Assembly (NCBI GenBank): GCA_026397115.1
Contig: JAPLVM010000005.1
Coordinates: forward strand, 1 to 34,078
Source: Patescibacteria group bacterium
GTDB taxonomy: Bacteria > Patescibacteriota > Gracilibacteria > JAPLVM01
DNA length: 34,078 nucleotides
Direction: 5' to 3'
Part shown: positions 10,268 to 18,746 of the stretch, piece after piece
How the letters are laid out: every line of letters begins with the position of its first letter
Position numbering within the stretch: the stretch's first letter is position 1
Position numbers and translations under genes: made by a program
The notes under the pieces: generated by a model
Database searches by the model: none
Seen by the model: the letters and a program-made list of their open reading frames with translations, nothing else
Told to the model about the DNA's origin: nothing

Positions 10268-10291
10268 CTTGAAGAAAAAACTGCGAATTTT

Positions 10292-10320
10292 TTGACACAG
10301 CTGCCGAACTAACCTAAAAT
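10292..10320 (+). promoter_or_regulatory. sigma70-type promoter of rplJL (TTGACA-17-TAAAAT)
   Basis: Consensus -35 TTGACA at 10292-10297, an exact 17-nt spacer, and TAAAAT at 10315-10320. Confidence 0.6.
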
Positions 10321-10341
10321 ATCATTGTAAGTCAGAGAAAG

Positions 10342-10459
10342 CACGGCATTCTTTTGAGAAATAAGTCCTGCTTAGACATTACTATTAGTTTTGTTGCCGT
10401 GGAAATGCGAGATGGTAATAAAAATTTATGGTTCATGCTCTGATAAGCATGAATTTTTT
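10342..10459 (+). promoter_or_regulatory. structured rplJ leader (L10-leader-like) ending in a terminator/attenuator hairpin
   Basis: Long-range stem CACGGCA (10342-10348) with TGCCGTG (10395-10401). Hairpin TTCATGCT-ctgata-AGCATGAA (10432-10453) is followed by TTTTTT (10454-10459), 20 nt before the rplJ ATG. Confidence 0.5.
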
Positions 10460-10479
10460 ATAATTTAATAACAATTATT

Positions 10480-11004
10480 ATGGCTATCTTAAGAGCAAGG
10501 AAGGAAGAACAGCTTACAAAACTGGAAAAGGGGCTAACTGAGGCCAAGGGTATTGTATTTTCCGGATATCGTGGCTTAACGGTTGGACAGATATCTGATT
10601 TTCGTAGCCAGCTTAAGAAAAATAATGCTGATTATATTGTCGCGAAAAAGACACTAATTCGTAAAGCTTGTGAAAAAATAGGAGTAACAAATATTAATAA
10701 TGAAATTCTTGATGGACCAGTAGGAATTGCTTTTAGCTATTTGGATGAGGTTACTGCGGCGCGCGTATCAAACCAATTTGCGAAAAAAAATAAGGCGCTG
10801 GTTCTTATGGGCGGAATTATGAATGGTTCTATTTTATCTGCAACAGCGGTCAAAAGCCTAGCAACATTACCAAGTCTAAATGAACTTCGTGCGCAGGTTC
10901 TTAGCGGGTTTATTTCGCCTATCCGCGGTTTTGCTTGCACACTAAATGGTGTTACCAGTAATTTTGTTAGGGTTCTAAGCGCTATTTGTACGCAAAAGTC
11001 TTAA
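10480..11004 (+). CDS. rplJ: 50S ribosomal protein L10
   Basis: 174-aa ORF directly upstream of rplL. Sequence is L10-like (GLTVGQISDFRSQLKK..., ...LPSLNELRAQV...). Confidence 0.9.
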   Translation: MAILRARKEEQLTKLEKGLTEAKGIVFSGYRGLTVGQISDFRSQLKKNNADYIVAKKTLIRKACEKIGVTNINNEILDGPVGIAFSYLDEVTAARVSNQFAKKNKALVLMGGIMNGSILSATAVKSLATLPSLNELRAQVLSGFISPIRGFACTLNGVTSNFVRVLSAICTQKS

Positions 11005-11044
11005 TTAGAAAATTATTTTTATTTTTATTTTTAATTATTCAAAA

Positions 11045-11452
11045 ATGGCTGAGGAAAATCTACCAACTCTTTCCAAGGATGCTGAAAAAGTAATGGAAAT
11101 AGTTGAAAAAATGTCTGTTCTAGAGCTTGCTGATTTGGTTAAAGTTCTGGAAAATAAATTCGGTGTAAGCGCTGCCGCTCCTGTCGCAGTAGCTGCTGGT
11201 GCACAAGCTGGAGGCGACGATGCTGCTCTTGTTGAGGAAAAATCAACATTCGACATAGAACTTACAGACGCTGGATCCAACAAGATTGCAGTTATTAAGG
11301 CAATCCGCGAAATCACAGGCCTTGGACTTGGTGAGGCTAAGACTGCGGCTGAATCTGCACCAAAGATTCTGAAGCAAGGCGTGAAAAAGCCAGAGGCTGA
11401 GGAAATTCAAAAGAAATTCTCAGAGGCTGGCGCAAAAGTAAGTTTAAAGTAA
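11045..11452 (+). CDS. rplL: 50S ribosomal protein L7/L12
   Basis: Ala-rich hinge, then C-terminal domain [20 protein letters not shown]...EAGAKV. Confidence 0.96.
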   Translation: MAEENLPTLSKDAEKVMEIVEKMSVLELADLVKVLENKFGVSAAAPVAVAAGAQAGGDDAALVEEKSTFDIELTDAGSNKIAVIKAIREITGLGLGEAKTAAESAPKILKQGVKKPEAEEIQKKFSEAGAKVSLK

Positions 11453-11481
11453 GGTTTTGGCTATAAAACAACATTTGTGAT

Positions 11482-11513
11482 AAAGGCCCTACTCAAGTAG
11501 GGCCTTTATTTTA
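11482..11513 (+). terminator. intrinsic terminator after rplL
   Basis: AAAGGCCCTAC-tcaa-GTAGGGCCTTT (11482-11507) followed by a T-rich tract. The hairpin also encodes the last codons and stop of the convergent ORF 11489-11869. Confidence 0.7.
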
Positions 11514-11869
11514 TCAAACCAGCGAGCTGCAGTTGGTGGTGGCCCCTCTTTTAAGATAAAGAACTTAGCTGGAATTTTTTGATGAACCCCGTGCAAGCGC
11601 AAAACTTGCAAATTGAAATAAAAAGTGGCTCCACAATCATCGATTTCCTTCATGCTAAACGTAGAAACCGTATCAACTAAAAATAGGGGCAAACCTCGCA
11701 TGGCTTCAATATAATTTTCTGCACGCCACCTTGCTTCGTCACATAATTTAAAAATTTCTTCTTCTGGCTTTGGCTCAACTAAAGACCGCTCTCGAAAATT
11801 AGTTGAAACTAGACCATACCTTGCCAGCATTGCTTCTTGCTCTGATGTTAATATTGATATTGTGTTCAT
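11489..11869 (-). CDS. hypothetical protein (126 aa)
   Basis: Intact ATG-initiated ORF filling the gap between rplL and prfA. No motif recognised. Confidence 0.5.
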   Translation of the reverse strand: MNTISILTSEQEAMLARYGLVSTNFRERSLVEPKPEEEIFKLCDEARWRAENYIEAMRGLPLFLVDTVSTFSMKEIDDCGATFYFNLQVLRLHGVHQKIPAKFFILKEGPPPTAARWFDKIKALLE

Positions 11870-11918
11870 CGTTCCTCCTGCAAATATTCAAACACGCGGC
11901 TGTAATTCTGTCAATGCT

Positions 11919-11947
11919 TTGCAATTTTTTTACACCTCATTTAAAAT
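11919..11947 (+). promoter_or_regulatory. sigma70-type promoter of prfA (TTGCAA-17-TAAAAT)
   Basis: TTGCAA at 11919-11924, a 17-nt spacer, and TAAAAT at 11942-11947, 25 nt before the TTG start. Confidence 0.6.
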
Positions 11948-11972
11948 AACTTCGCTTCAGAATTGATTTATT

Positions 11973-13037
11973 TTGTCACCTGTGCAAGATCAAGCCAAAA
12001 AAATCGTTGATGAATACAAAACATTGCAGGCTGAGCTTACGCAGCCAGAGGTCATAAGTAATCAGCGGCTTTTTATAGAAAAAAGTAAAGCACTGGCCAT
12101 ATTGCAAAAGCAATTTATCATTGCTCAAAAATTTCTAGATACAACAAATCAGCTTGATGAAGCTCAAAAAATCAAGAATGACCCTGAGCTACAAGAACTT
12201 GCAAACATTGAAATTGAAGACCTAAAAAAAAAATTAGACGAAATAAACGCTGAAATGAAAAAAGCTTTGGTGCCAATTGACCCTGATGATCAAAATAATG
12301 CGATTATAGAAATTCGTGCTGCTGCTGGCGGAGAAGAATCATCCCTTTTTGCCAACGAATTACTGCGATTATATCTACGTTTTTGCGAGAAGCATAATTT
12401 TAAAACGGAAATCTTTAATCATCATGAAACAGAGGCTGGCGGCACAAAAGAGGTAGTTTTTGCCATACGCGGTAATGAAGCGTTTGGATCTTTGAAATTT
12501 GAGGCTGGAGTACATCGCGTTCAGCGAATACCTGAAACCGAGGCAAAGGGGCGAGTCCATACTTCAACATGTACAGTTGCTGTACTTCCTGAATTGGAAA
12601 ATATAGCAGAAATAGAAATTAACCCTCAAGACTTAAAGATTGATACATATAGAGCTTCTGGAGCGGGCGGACAGCATGTAAACAAAACTGAGTCAGCAGT
12701 ACGCATAACGCATATACCAAGCGGTCTTATCGTGGCTTGCCAAGATGGAAGATCACAAATGTCCAATAAGGAAAAGGCAATGCAAGTATTGAGCTCAAAA
12801 CTGTATCAGGCGGAAAAGGAAAAACGAGCTCAAAAAGAAGGATCTGCAAGGTCATCGCAAGTCGGATCTGGCGAAAGAGCTGAAAAAATCCGCACATATA
12901 ATTTTCCGCAAGACCGAGTTACAGATCACAGACTTGGACAAAATTTCTCCAATATACCAGGGATTATGGATGGAGAAATAGATAAGATTATAACAGCGCT
13001 AAAAGAATGGCATGCACAAATATTAATGAATCAATAA
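11973..13037 (+). CDS. prfA: peptide chain release factor 1
   Basis: GGQ motif ([23 protein letters not shown]). RF1-type codon-recognition segment [23 protein letters not shown], with PET at the PxT position. No in-frame ATG near the N-terminus: TTG 11973 or GTG 11982. Confidence 0.9.
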   Translation: MSPVQDQAKKIVDEYKTLQAELTQPEVISNQRLFIEKSKALAILQKQFIIAQKFLDTTNQLDEAQKIKNDPELQELANIEIEDLKKKLDEINAEMKKALVPIDPDDQNNAIIEIRAAAGGEESSLFANELLRLYLRFCEKHNFKTEIFNHHETEAGGTKEVVFAIRGNEAFGSLKFEAGVHRVQRIPETEAKGRVHTSTCTVAVLPELENIAEIEINPQDLKIDTYRASGAGGQHVNKTESAVRITHIPSGLIVACQDGRSQMSNKEKAMQVLSSKLYQAEKEKRAQKEGSARSSQVGSGERAEKIRTYNFPQDRVTDHRLGQNFSNIPGIMDGEIDKIITALKEWHAQILMNQ

Positions 13038-13060
13038 AACTTATATTTAAACTTATATCA

Positions 13061-13882
13061 ATGTCAGAATACACACAAATAACTCGCCAAATTGATCAAA
13101 ATATTGATCTCACTACTCTTCCGGAAACAGTCAAGCTTGAGTGGGAAAATGTGCTTAAAAAACAAGTCGAACTTTTAAGAGACAAGGACAACCAAGAGGA
13201 GCTTGCTGTCGCATCTATTTATCTGCTCATCTTTTCTGTCAAAACAAAACTTATCACAGAAGAAGAGCATATTGGACAAGAATATGAGCTAATTAAAAAG
13301 GCATTTTTGGAAACAGAGCGAGAATATCACAAACAAGCAAAAGAAAATTCCACTGGTCAGAGCAAAAAGGCTATTTTTAATCAAATGCTTTATTTTTACA
13401 AAATTGCTGAGTTTTATATTACATATTTGGAAAAAACATTAAAACTGTTTTCATTCGATGCTGTAGCCAATGAAGTCTCGCTGGACAAAATTCATTTCCT
13501 TCAAAAGCAAGAACTTTTAGAAGGTAACGTTAGAAAATTTTTCGCATATAGCAGACTATCTTTTACGATTTTCCTCAAAAAATACATGTTTTTATATGCG
13601 CTGCTTAGCGGCGTTGGAATAGTTTTATTTTGGCACGGCATATGGGGACTTAGCGATAAAGTTATAGAAAAATTTGGCGCGGGTGACTATGTACTTCCAT
13701 ACTTGATTACAACAATTATCGGTATTGCCTTACTTTATATCTTAGGCGTATTTCTAAACCAAACAGTTGGCGACCAAGATAAACTTAAAGATCTTGAGGA
13801 CATTGAAATAAAGGAAATATCAGAACTTAAAACAATTGAAAAAGTAATGGGTAAAAAATCCAAAAAAAGTCTTTGGATTTAA
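13061..13882 (+). CDS. hypothetical membrane protein (2 C-terminal TM helices)
   Basis: ATG 13061 (MSEYTQITRQ) is preferred over the upstream start 13007 that overlaps prfA. Hydrophobic segments FLYALLSGVGIVLFWHGIWGL and YVLPYLITTIIGIALLYILGVFL. Confidence 0.6.
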   Translation: MSEYTQITRQIDQNIDLTTLPETVKLEWENVLKKQVELLRDKDNQEELAVASIYLLIFSVKTKLITEEEHIGQEYELIKKAFLETEREYHKQAKENSTGQSKKAIFNQMLYFYKIAEFYITYLEKTLKLFSFDAVANEVSLDKIHFLQKQELLEGNVRKFFAYSRLSFTIFLKKYMFLYALLSGVGIVLFWHGIWGLSDKVIEKFGAGDYVLPYLITTIIGIALLYILGVFLNQTVGDQDKLKDLEDIEIKEISELKTIEKVMGKKSKKSLWI

Positions 13883-13939
13883 CAAGTAAATCATGATCTT
13901 ATTTCTTTTAAACAAGGTTTTTGCAATATAAATCATAAG

Positions 13940-15688
13940 ATGGTTGATCCAATTGCTGAAATTAAAGCAAAAATATCTATTCTAGATGTTGTTTCAGAGA
14001 AAATCCAACTTAAAAAGGCTGGAAGGCTTTGGAAAGGTCTTTGTCCTTGGCATAAAGAAAAAACGCCGAGTTTTACTGTATCGCCAGATAAGGAAATGTG
14101 TTATTGCTTCGGTTGCCATCGCGGAGGTGATATTTTTACGTTTATACAAGATACTGAAAATGTTGATTTTAAGGGTGCTTTGGAAATATTGGCTGAAAGA
14201 GCTGGCGTGAAACTGCATAAAGAAGCGCCAGAAAAAGCTGATATGCGTAAGAAAATGTTTTTAGTTAATCAGCTTGCTGCAGATTGGTTTCATTTGCAAT
14301 TAATGCAAAGTGAAAATGCCGAACCTGCCAGAAACTACTTGGCTAGACGTAAAATCAGTAAAGAGGCAATTGAGCATTTTTACTTGGGATGGGCACCAGA
14401 TAGCTGGGATGCTCTTTTAAACTATTTGAAGGGCCAAGAAATAGAAAATCAACTTTTGTCGCAAAGTGGACTTATGAAGCTGAGGGAATCATCAGCTGAT
14501 GAATATTATGATTTATTTCGTGCACGATTGATGTTTCCTGTACGCAATAGCGCAGGCAAGATAATCGCCTTTTCAGGCCGCGTCTTAGACGACTCTTTGC
14601 CAAAGTATGTAAATTCACCAGAAACTTTCTTGTATAAGAAGCAAAATGAGTTATTTCATTTTAGCGATGCGAAAAAAGCAATTGTTGAAAAGGATCAGGC
14701 AGTAATTGTTGAAGGTAATGTTGATGTTGTGGCGAGCTGGGAGGCCAAAGCTGAAAACGTTGTTGCACCTCTTGGCACAGCATTAACGCAAACTCAGCTT
14801 GAGATAATTTTAAGATTAACTAAAAATCTTGTTTTTGCTTTTGACGCTGACTTGGCTGGGCAAAAGGCAACCCGTAAATCAGTTGAGCTTGCTTTGCAAT
14901 TAGGTGGAAATGTCAAAATAGTTAAGATACCAGGGCAAAGCGATCCTGATGATATTGTGCGAAAAGAAGGTGCTGAAAAATGGCAATTAATGATTAGTCA
15001 AGCAACTCAATGGTTTGATTTTTTTGTGGAAAAAGCAAAAAATGAAATTGGTTTGGCTAGACCTGAAGACAAGAAAAAATTTGCTGAAAATATACTGTCT
15101 CTCGTGAGGCTAGTGAATTCCCCTGTTGAGCAAGAAAGCTACTTGGATGAATTGTCTAAAATACTGAACATAAGTCGAGAAGCTCTTAAGCGCGAGATGA
15201 CGCAGGTCAAATCACCTGAGGCTGAAATCAGGCAAGCTCAGCATCCAGGCTTATCAAAAAAGCAGAAAACAATAGAAGACTATTTCTTTGGTCTGATATT
15301 AGCCTTTCCAAAAATCTTTGAAAAATGCGCTTTGGAGCTTGATAAAATTAATTTTACTGATAATCAACATAAAAAATTTGCGAAATTAATAGCTGAATGC
15401 TATTCTGCTAACGCAGTTTGTGATTTAAGCAAGGTTTCGCAAGCCCTAGAGCACGAAGATCAAGAGTATTTGAACCAGAATTCATTTTTTGCTTCAGAGA
15501 AATATAGTACTATGAATGAAAAGAAAATTGGTGAAGAAATGAAATCCTTGTATCAAAATCTGTATCGGAAATACTGCAAAAATACTCGCTCAGAAATATT
15601 GAATCAACTGCAAGAGGCTAAATCTCGCGGCGATGATAAAATGGAGGAAGCTGCGCGTAAAAGGCTTGACGAATTACTACATAGTTAA
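13940..15688 (+). CDS. dnaG: DNA primase
   Basis: CHC2 zinc finger CPWHKEKTPSFTV...CFGCHRGGD and TOPRIM motifs (VIVEGNVDV, FDADLAGQKAT). 582 aa, upstream of rpoD. Confidence 0.93.
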   Translation: MVDPIAEIKAKISILDVVSEKIQLKKAGRLWKGLCPWHKEKTPSFTVSPDKEMCYCFGCHRGGDIFTFIQDTENVDFKGALEILAERAGVKLHKEAPEKADMRKKMFLVNQLAADWFHLQLMQSENAEPARNYLARRKISKEAIEHFYLGWAPDSWDALLNYLKGQEIENQLLSQSGLMKLRESSADEYYDLFRARLMFPVRNSAGKIIAFSGRVLDDSLPKYVNSPETFLYKKQNELFHFSDAKKAIVEKDQAVIVEGNVDVVASWEAKAENVVAPLGTALTQTQLEIILRLTKNLVFAFDADLAGQKATRKSVELALQLGGNVKIVKIPGQSDPDDIVRKEGAEKWQLMISQATQWFDFFVEKAKNEIGLARPEDKKKFAENILSLVRLVNSPVEQESYLDELSKILNISREALKREMTQVKSPEAEIRQAQHPGLSKKQKTIEDYFFGLILAFPKIFEKCALELDKINFTDNQHKKFAKLIAECYSANAVCDLSKVSQALEHEDQEYLNQNSFFASEKYSTMNEKKIGEEMKSLYQNLYRKYCKNTRSEILNQLQEAKSRGDDKMEEAARKRLDELLHS

Positions 15689-15732
15689 ATTTTTCTAAAG
15701 TTATAAATATATACAAGTTTTAATTTACTACA

Positions 15733-16908
15733 TTGGCTAAGAAAAAACCTCCAGTTAACGATCCTTATACCAGTTTACGAAAATTTCCAGCAGAAGTACA
15801 AAAACTTATTTTGAAAGGTCGCGAACAGCGCTTTTTAACGCAGCAAGAGCTTCTTCAAGTCTTACCAGACATTGAAGATAATCTTGAGATGGTTGATGAG
15901 CTTTATGACACGTTATTTCAATATGGTATTGAGATAGTTGAGCATGGTAAGCATTTTCAGGCGTCTGGATTTACAGGAGATGACGATGATGATGAGCTAT
16001 CTGTTGGGGAGACCCATCGCCGCAAGCTTAAGAAAAAGAAAGATCCTGATGCGGAAGCTAGCTTGTCAGAATTATCATCAGATCATATTCGCATGTATTT
16101 ATCTGAAATCGGACGTGTAAAACTGCTTACTCAAGATGAAGAAATTGAGCTAGCTAAAAAGATTGCACGTGGTGATATGGCAGCCAAGCAGCAGCTCATG
16201 GAAGCAAATTTAAGGCTTGTCATTTCTATTGCGAAAAAATATATGAATCGCGGATTGTCTTTCTTGGATCTGATTCAAGAAGGCAACGTAGGATTATGGC
16301 GTGCTGTTGAAAAATTTGATCCTGATAAAGGCTTTAAGTTTTCAACATATGCCACATGGTGGATCCGTCAGGCAGTAACAAGGGCTATTGCAGACCAAGC
16401 ACGTACCATACGCATCCCAGTACATATGGTCGAGATCATTAACAAGTTCAAACATACTTATCGTCGTTTGACGCAAGAGCTTGGTCGTGAGCCAACAGCC
16501 TCTGAAATGGCGGCTGAGCTTGGCATGGAATTATCAAAAGTCGAGCATATAATGAAAATATCTCAAGAGACAGTATCTCTTGAAGCGCCAATTGGTTCAT
16601 CAGGCGACGAGTCATCTTTGCAAGACTTTATTCCTGATGAGGATTCGCAATCCCCCGCAGAAGATACAAGAAGGCAGTTGCTTAAAGAAGATGTTAAAGA
16701 GCTTTTAAATTATCTTTCACCAAGAGAACGTAAAATCATTGAAATGCGTTTTGGTCTTAAAAATGGCGTTGCTCATACGCTTGAAGAGGTTGGCGCTGAA
16801 TTTAGCGTTACTAGAGAGCGTATAAGGCAGATTGAAGCCAAAGTACTTGAAAAACTTTACCATCATCCAAAATCAGCCAAGCTCAGATATGGAATGGATG
16901 GATCATAG
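15733..16908 (+). CDS. rpoD: RNA polymerase sigma factor RpoD (primary sigma)
   Basis: Region 2 [17 protein letters not shown] and [17 protein letters not shown]. Region 4.2 [27 protein letters not shown] start. Classic dnaG-rpoD linkage. Confidence 0.95.
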   Translation: MAKKKPPVNDPYTSLRKFPAEVQKLILKGREQRFLTQQELLQVLPDIEDNLEMVDELYDTLFQYGIEIVEHGKHFQASGFTGDDDDDELSVGETHRRKLKKKKDPDAEASLSELSSDHIRMYLSEIGRVKLLTQDEEIELAKKIARGDMAAKQQLMEANLRLVISIAKKYMNRGLSFLDLIQEGNVGLWRAVEKFDPDKGFKFSTYATWWIRQAVTRAIADQARTIRIPVHMVEIINKFKHTYRRLTQELGREPTASEMAAELGMELSKVEHIMKISQETVSLEAPIGSSGDESSLQDFIPDEDSQSPAEDTRRQLLKEDVKELLNYLSPRERKIIEMRFGLKNGVAHTLEEVGAEFSVTRERIRQIEAKVLEKLYHHPKSAKLRYGMDGS

Positions 16909-16948
16909 ATTGGTTGCTGACTGCTAGTTTTTTAAGCTTTTGCCGAGA

Positions 16949-17674
16949 TCAATACCTTTTCTCAATGTCAATCTCTTCGATTTCAGGGACTTCAATTTTT
17001 TTGTTAATTTCGTCCTCTTTATCTGAAGAAAAACTACCATAATATTGCTGATCATTGTTCAAGGCGTGCGCATTAGCATTTTCAAGCGCAATCTCCTCGC
17101 CTACCCTTCGCGTGACCTCTTCGACTTCTTGTTCTTTATCCTCACTAAAACTACGATCACGAGCATCAACAATATATCTTTTTGCATCATGAGGATGGGG
17201 AATATTATTTATCGTGAAAACAATATTATCAGACTTATTAGCCACAGTTAAATGTCCAAGCTGAAATAAATTGTCTAGAAATGTAGATTGCTCAGCCTGA
17301 GCATCTTCAACTTGGCGCAAGTTCATTTCTTTTGTAATTCTTCCAAACATGCCTATTTGCTCGAAAGAAAGGAGCCGTCTATTTGTAACCACAAAAACAT
17401 CAAGGAGCTGATCCATCCATTCAATCATTCTGCCCAAATAATATCCAGACAAAGCCAATGAAGCAATTCCAAAGATAATTAATGATAAAGATCTCGGAAA
17501 ATCAAATGGATTTATGTAAAGAAGCCAAATTATCGCTGCATAAATAATTCCGGTTAAAATTATTTTTAATAAAATAGGCACTTCTACAAGCCAGTGCTTG
17601 CTAATTAATTCTTTTACAATTTCACCTTCTTGCCGACCAGGAAAGCTGATATTTTCCAAATTTCGATCTGTCAT
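16949..17674 (-). CDS. membrane protein, possible bacterial PH (YdbS/YdbT-like, bPH_2) domain
   Basis: N-terminal FPGRQEGEIV..SKHW, then two TM helices, then VFVVTNRRLLSFEQIGMFGR...LGHLTVAN, resembling the bPH_2 pattern. Acidic tail. The start overlaps the upstream gene's stop (ATGA 17671-17674). Confidence 0.5.
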   Translation of the reverse strand: MTDRNLENISFPGRQEGEIVKELISKHWLVEVPILLKIILTGIIYAAIIWLLYINPFDFPRSLSLIIFGIASLALSGYYLGRMIEWMDQLLDVFVVTNRRLLSFEQIGMFGRITKEMNLRQVEDAQAEQSTFLDNLFQLGHLTVANKSDNIVFTINNIPHPHDAKRYIVDARDRSFSEDKEQEVEEVTRRVGEEIALENANAHALNNDQQYYGSFSSDKEDEINKKIEVPEIEEIDIEKRY

Positions 17675-18534
17675 TGCGCAAGATAAAATTTTTCATATCG
17701 ACCAATAACAGCGAAGCTTATCAGAAATATAACTGCTAAGAGCGCTATGGGCCAGTCAAGAAGTATAAACCATTGATAATATAAGCTTGGGAGAGGCTGT
17801 ATGACTCGCATAGCCATCAAAAAACTTTGAATTATGCCGAGCAAAACAAGCCATGAGAAAGATGAAATATAAACCGATTGTATGAAAGTATTTATTTTGC
17901 TCCAAATTTTAACAAGATGCGGAATTTCCAAAATTACAAACAGCCCACCTAAAACAACCAGCAGCCATACAAATAATGCGCTATCACGCGTTTCTTGCGC
18001 AATCTCAGCTGGAGGAAAAAGAGGATAAAAAGTAGCTAATTTACTATAAAAATAGTAAAGCGCATAGATAAAAAATAACCAGTAAATAAAGCTCTTAACA
18101 TCTAAAAAGATTCTTTGAACAAGCGGACGACCTGCGTGATCAATCCCCTGTTTCTTTTTATCTAAAGCACGTCGTAAAATAGCTTCTGCCGCGTTCACTT
18201 CCCTATCTTCGGTTTTCTTAAATACTTGCTCTTGCCCCAAAATAGTAATCTCATTGAGACCAAACTCATTGCGAAGCCTAGTTTCAGCAGTTAAAGAATC
18301 TGGGGCATCAATAGTCCCTTGTATTTCTTGCCCATCAACCTTGTGGCCTTTGAATGTAAAAGAGAAAACTGGTCCTCGAGGCTCTTTGTAAGTTGTTGAT
18401 GTAGTTTCTAACCTTGTAATTTCCAAACCGAGCTTGGCTAAATCAACGCGAGCTTCATCTTCTGACACAGCATCGATCATACCGCTTGATTCTTTGCCAT
18501 CGCTATTTTTTGCATAATAATAAAAATGAGGCAT
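17671..18534 (-). CDS. polytopic membrane protein with two N-terminal PilC/GspF-N-like segments
   Basis: FYYYAKNSDGKESSGMIDAVSEDEARVDLAKLGLEI and FTFKGHKVDGQEIQGTIDAPDSLTAETRLRNEFGL resemble the short repeats at the N-termini of type IV pilus/T2SS platform proteins. Four to five hydrophobic helices follow. ATG 18534 is preferred; the alternative is TTG 18555. Confidence 0.55.
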   Translation of the reverse strand: MPHFYYYAKNSDGKESSGMIDAVSEDEARVDLAKLGLEITRLETTSTTYKEPRGPVFSFTFKGHKVDGQEIQGTIDAPDSLTAETRLRNEFGLNEITILGQEQVFKKTEDREVNAAEAILRRALDKKKQGIDHAGRPLVQRIFLDVKSFIYWLFFIYALYYFYSKLATFYPLFPPAEIAQETRDSALFVWLLVVLGGLFVILEIPHLVKIWSKINTFIQSVYISSFSWLVLLGIIQSFLMAMRVIQPLPSLYYQWFILLDWPIALLAVIFLISFAVIGRYEKFYLAQ

Positions 18535-18611
18535 AATGAAGTTATAAATAGACAATCTGACAAATGTATTTTAACGATTTAACAAGTAAAAGGCAAAATT
18601 AGGCGAACGCT

Positions 18612-18640
18612 TTGACTTTCGCGCGTCTATTTCATAAAAT
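18612..18640 (+). promoter_or_regulatory. sigma70-type promoter of tRNA-Lys (TTGACT-17-TAAAAT)
   Basis: TTGACT at 18612-18617, a 17-nt spacer, and TAAAAT at 18635-18640, 30 nt upstream of the tRNA. Confidence 0.6.
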
Positions 18641-18670
18641 TTCAGGGTAGCGAAGTAACATAGCAATCTT

Positions 18671-18746
18671 GGGTGATTAGCTCAGTCGGTAGAGCAGTGG
18701 CCTTTTAAGCCATTGGTCCAGGGTTCGAGTCCCTGATCACCCACCA
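18671..18746 (+). tRNA. tRNA-Lys (UUU), CCA encoded
   Basis: GGGTGAT TA GCTC AGTCGGTA GAGC A GTGGC CTTTTAA GCCAT TGGTC CAGGG TTCGAGT CCCTG ATCACCC A CCA. Canonical 76-nt cloverleaf with anticodon TTT. Confidence 0.95.

Noticed and set aside
13007-13060. Upstream start of the 13007 ORF, overlapping the end of prfA by 31 nt
   Set aside because: The first 18 residues ([18 protein letters not shown]) overlap prfA. The ATG at 13061 gives a clean 23-nt spacer. The choice remains unverified.
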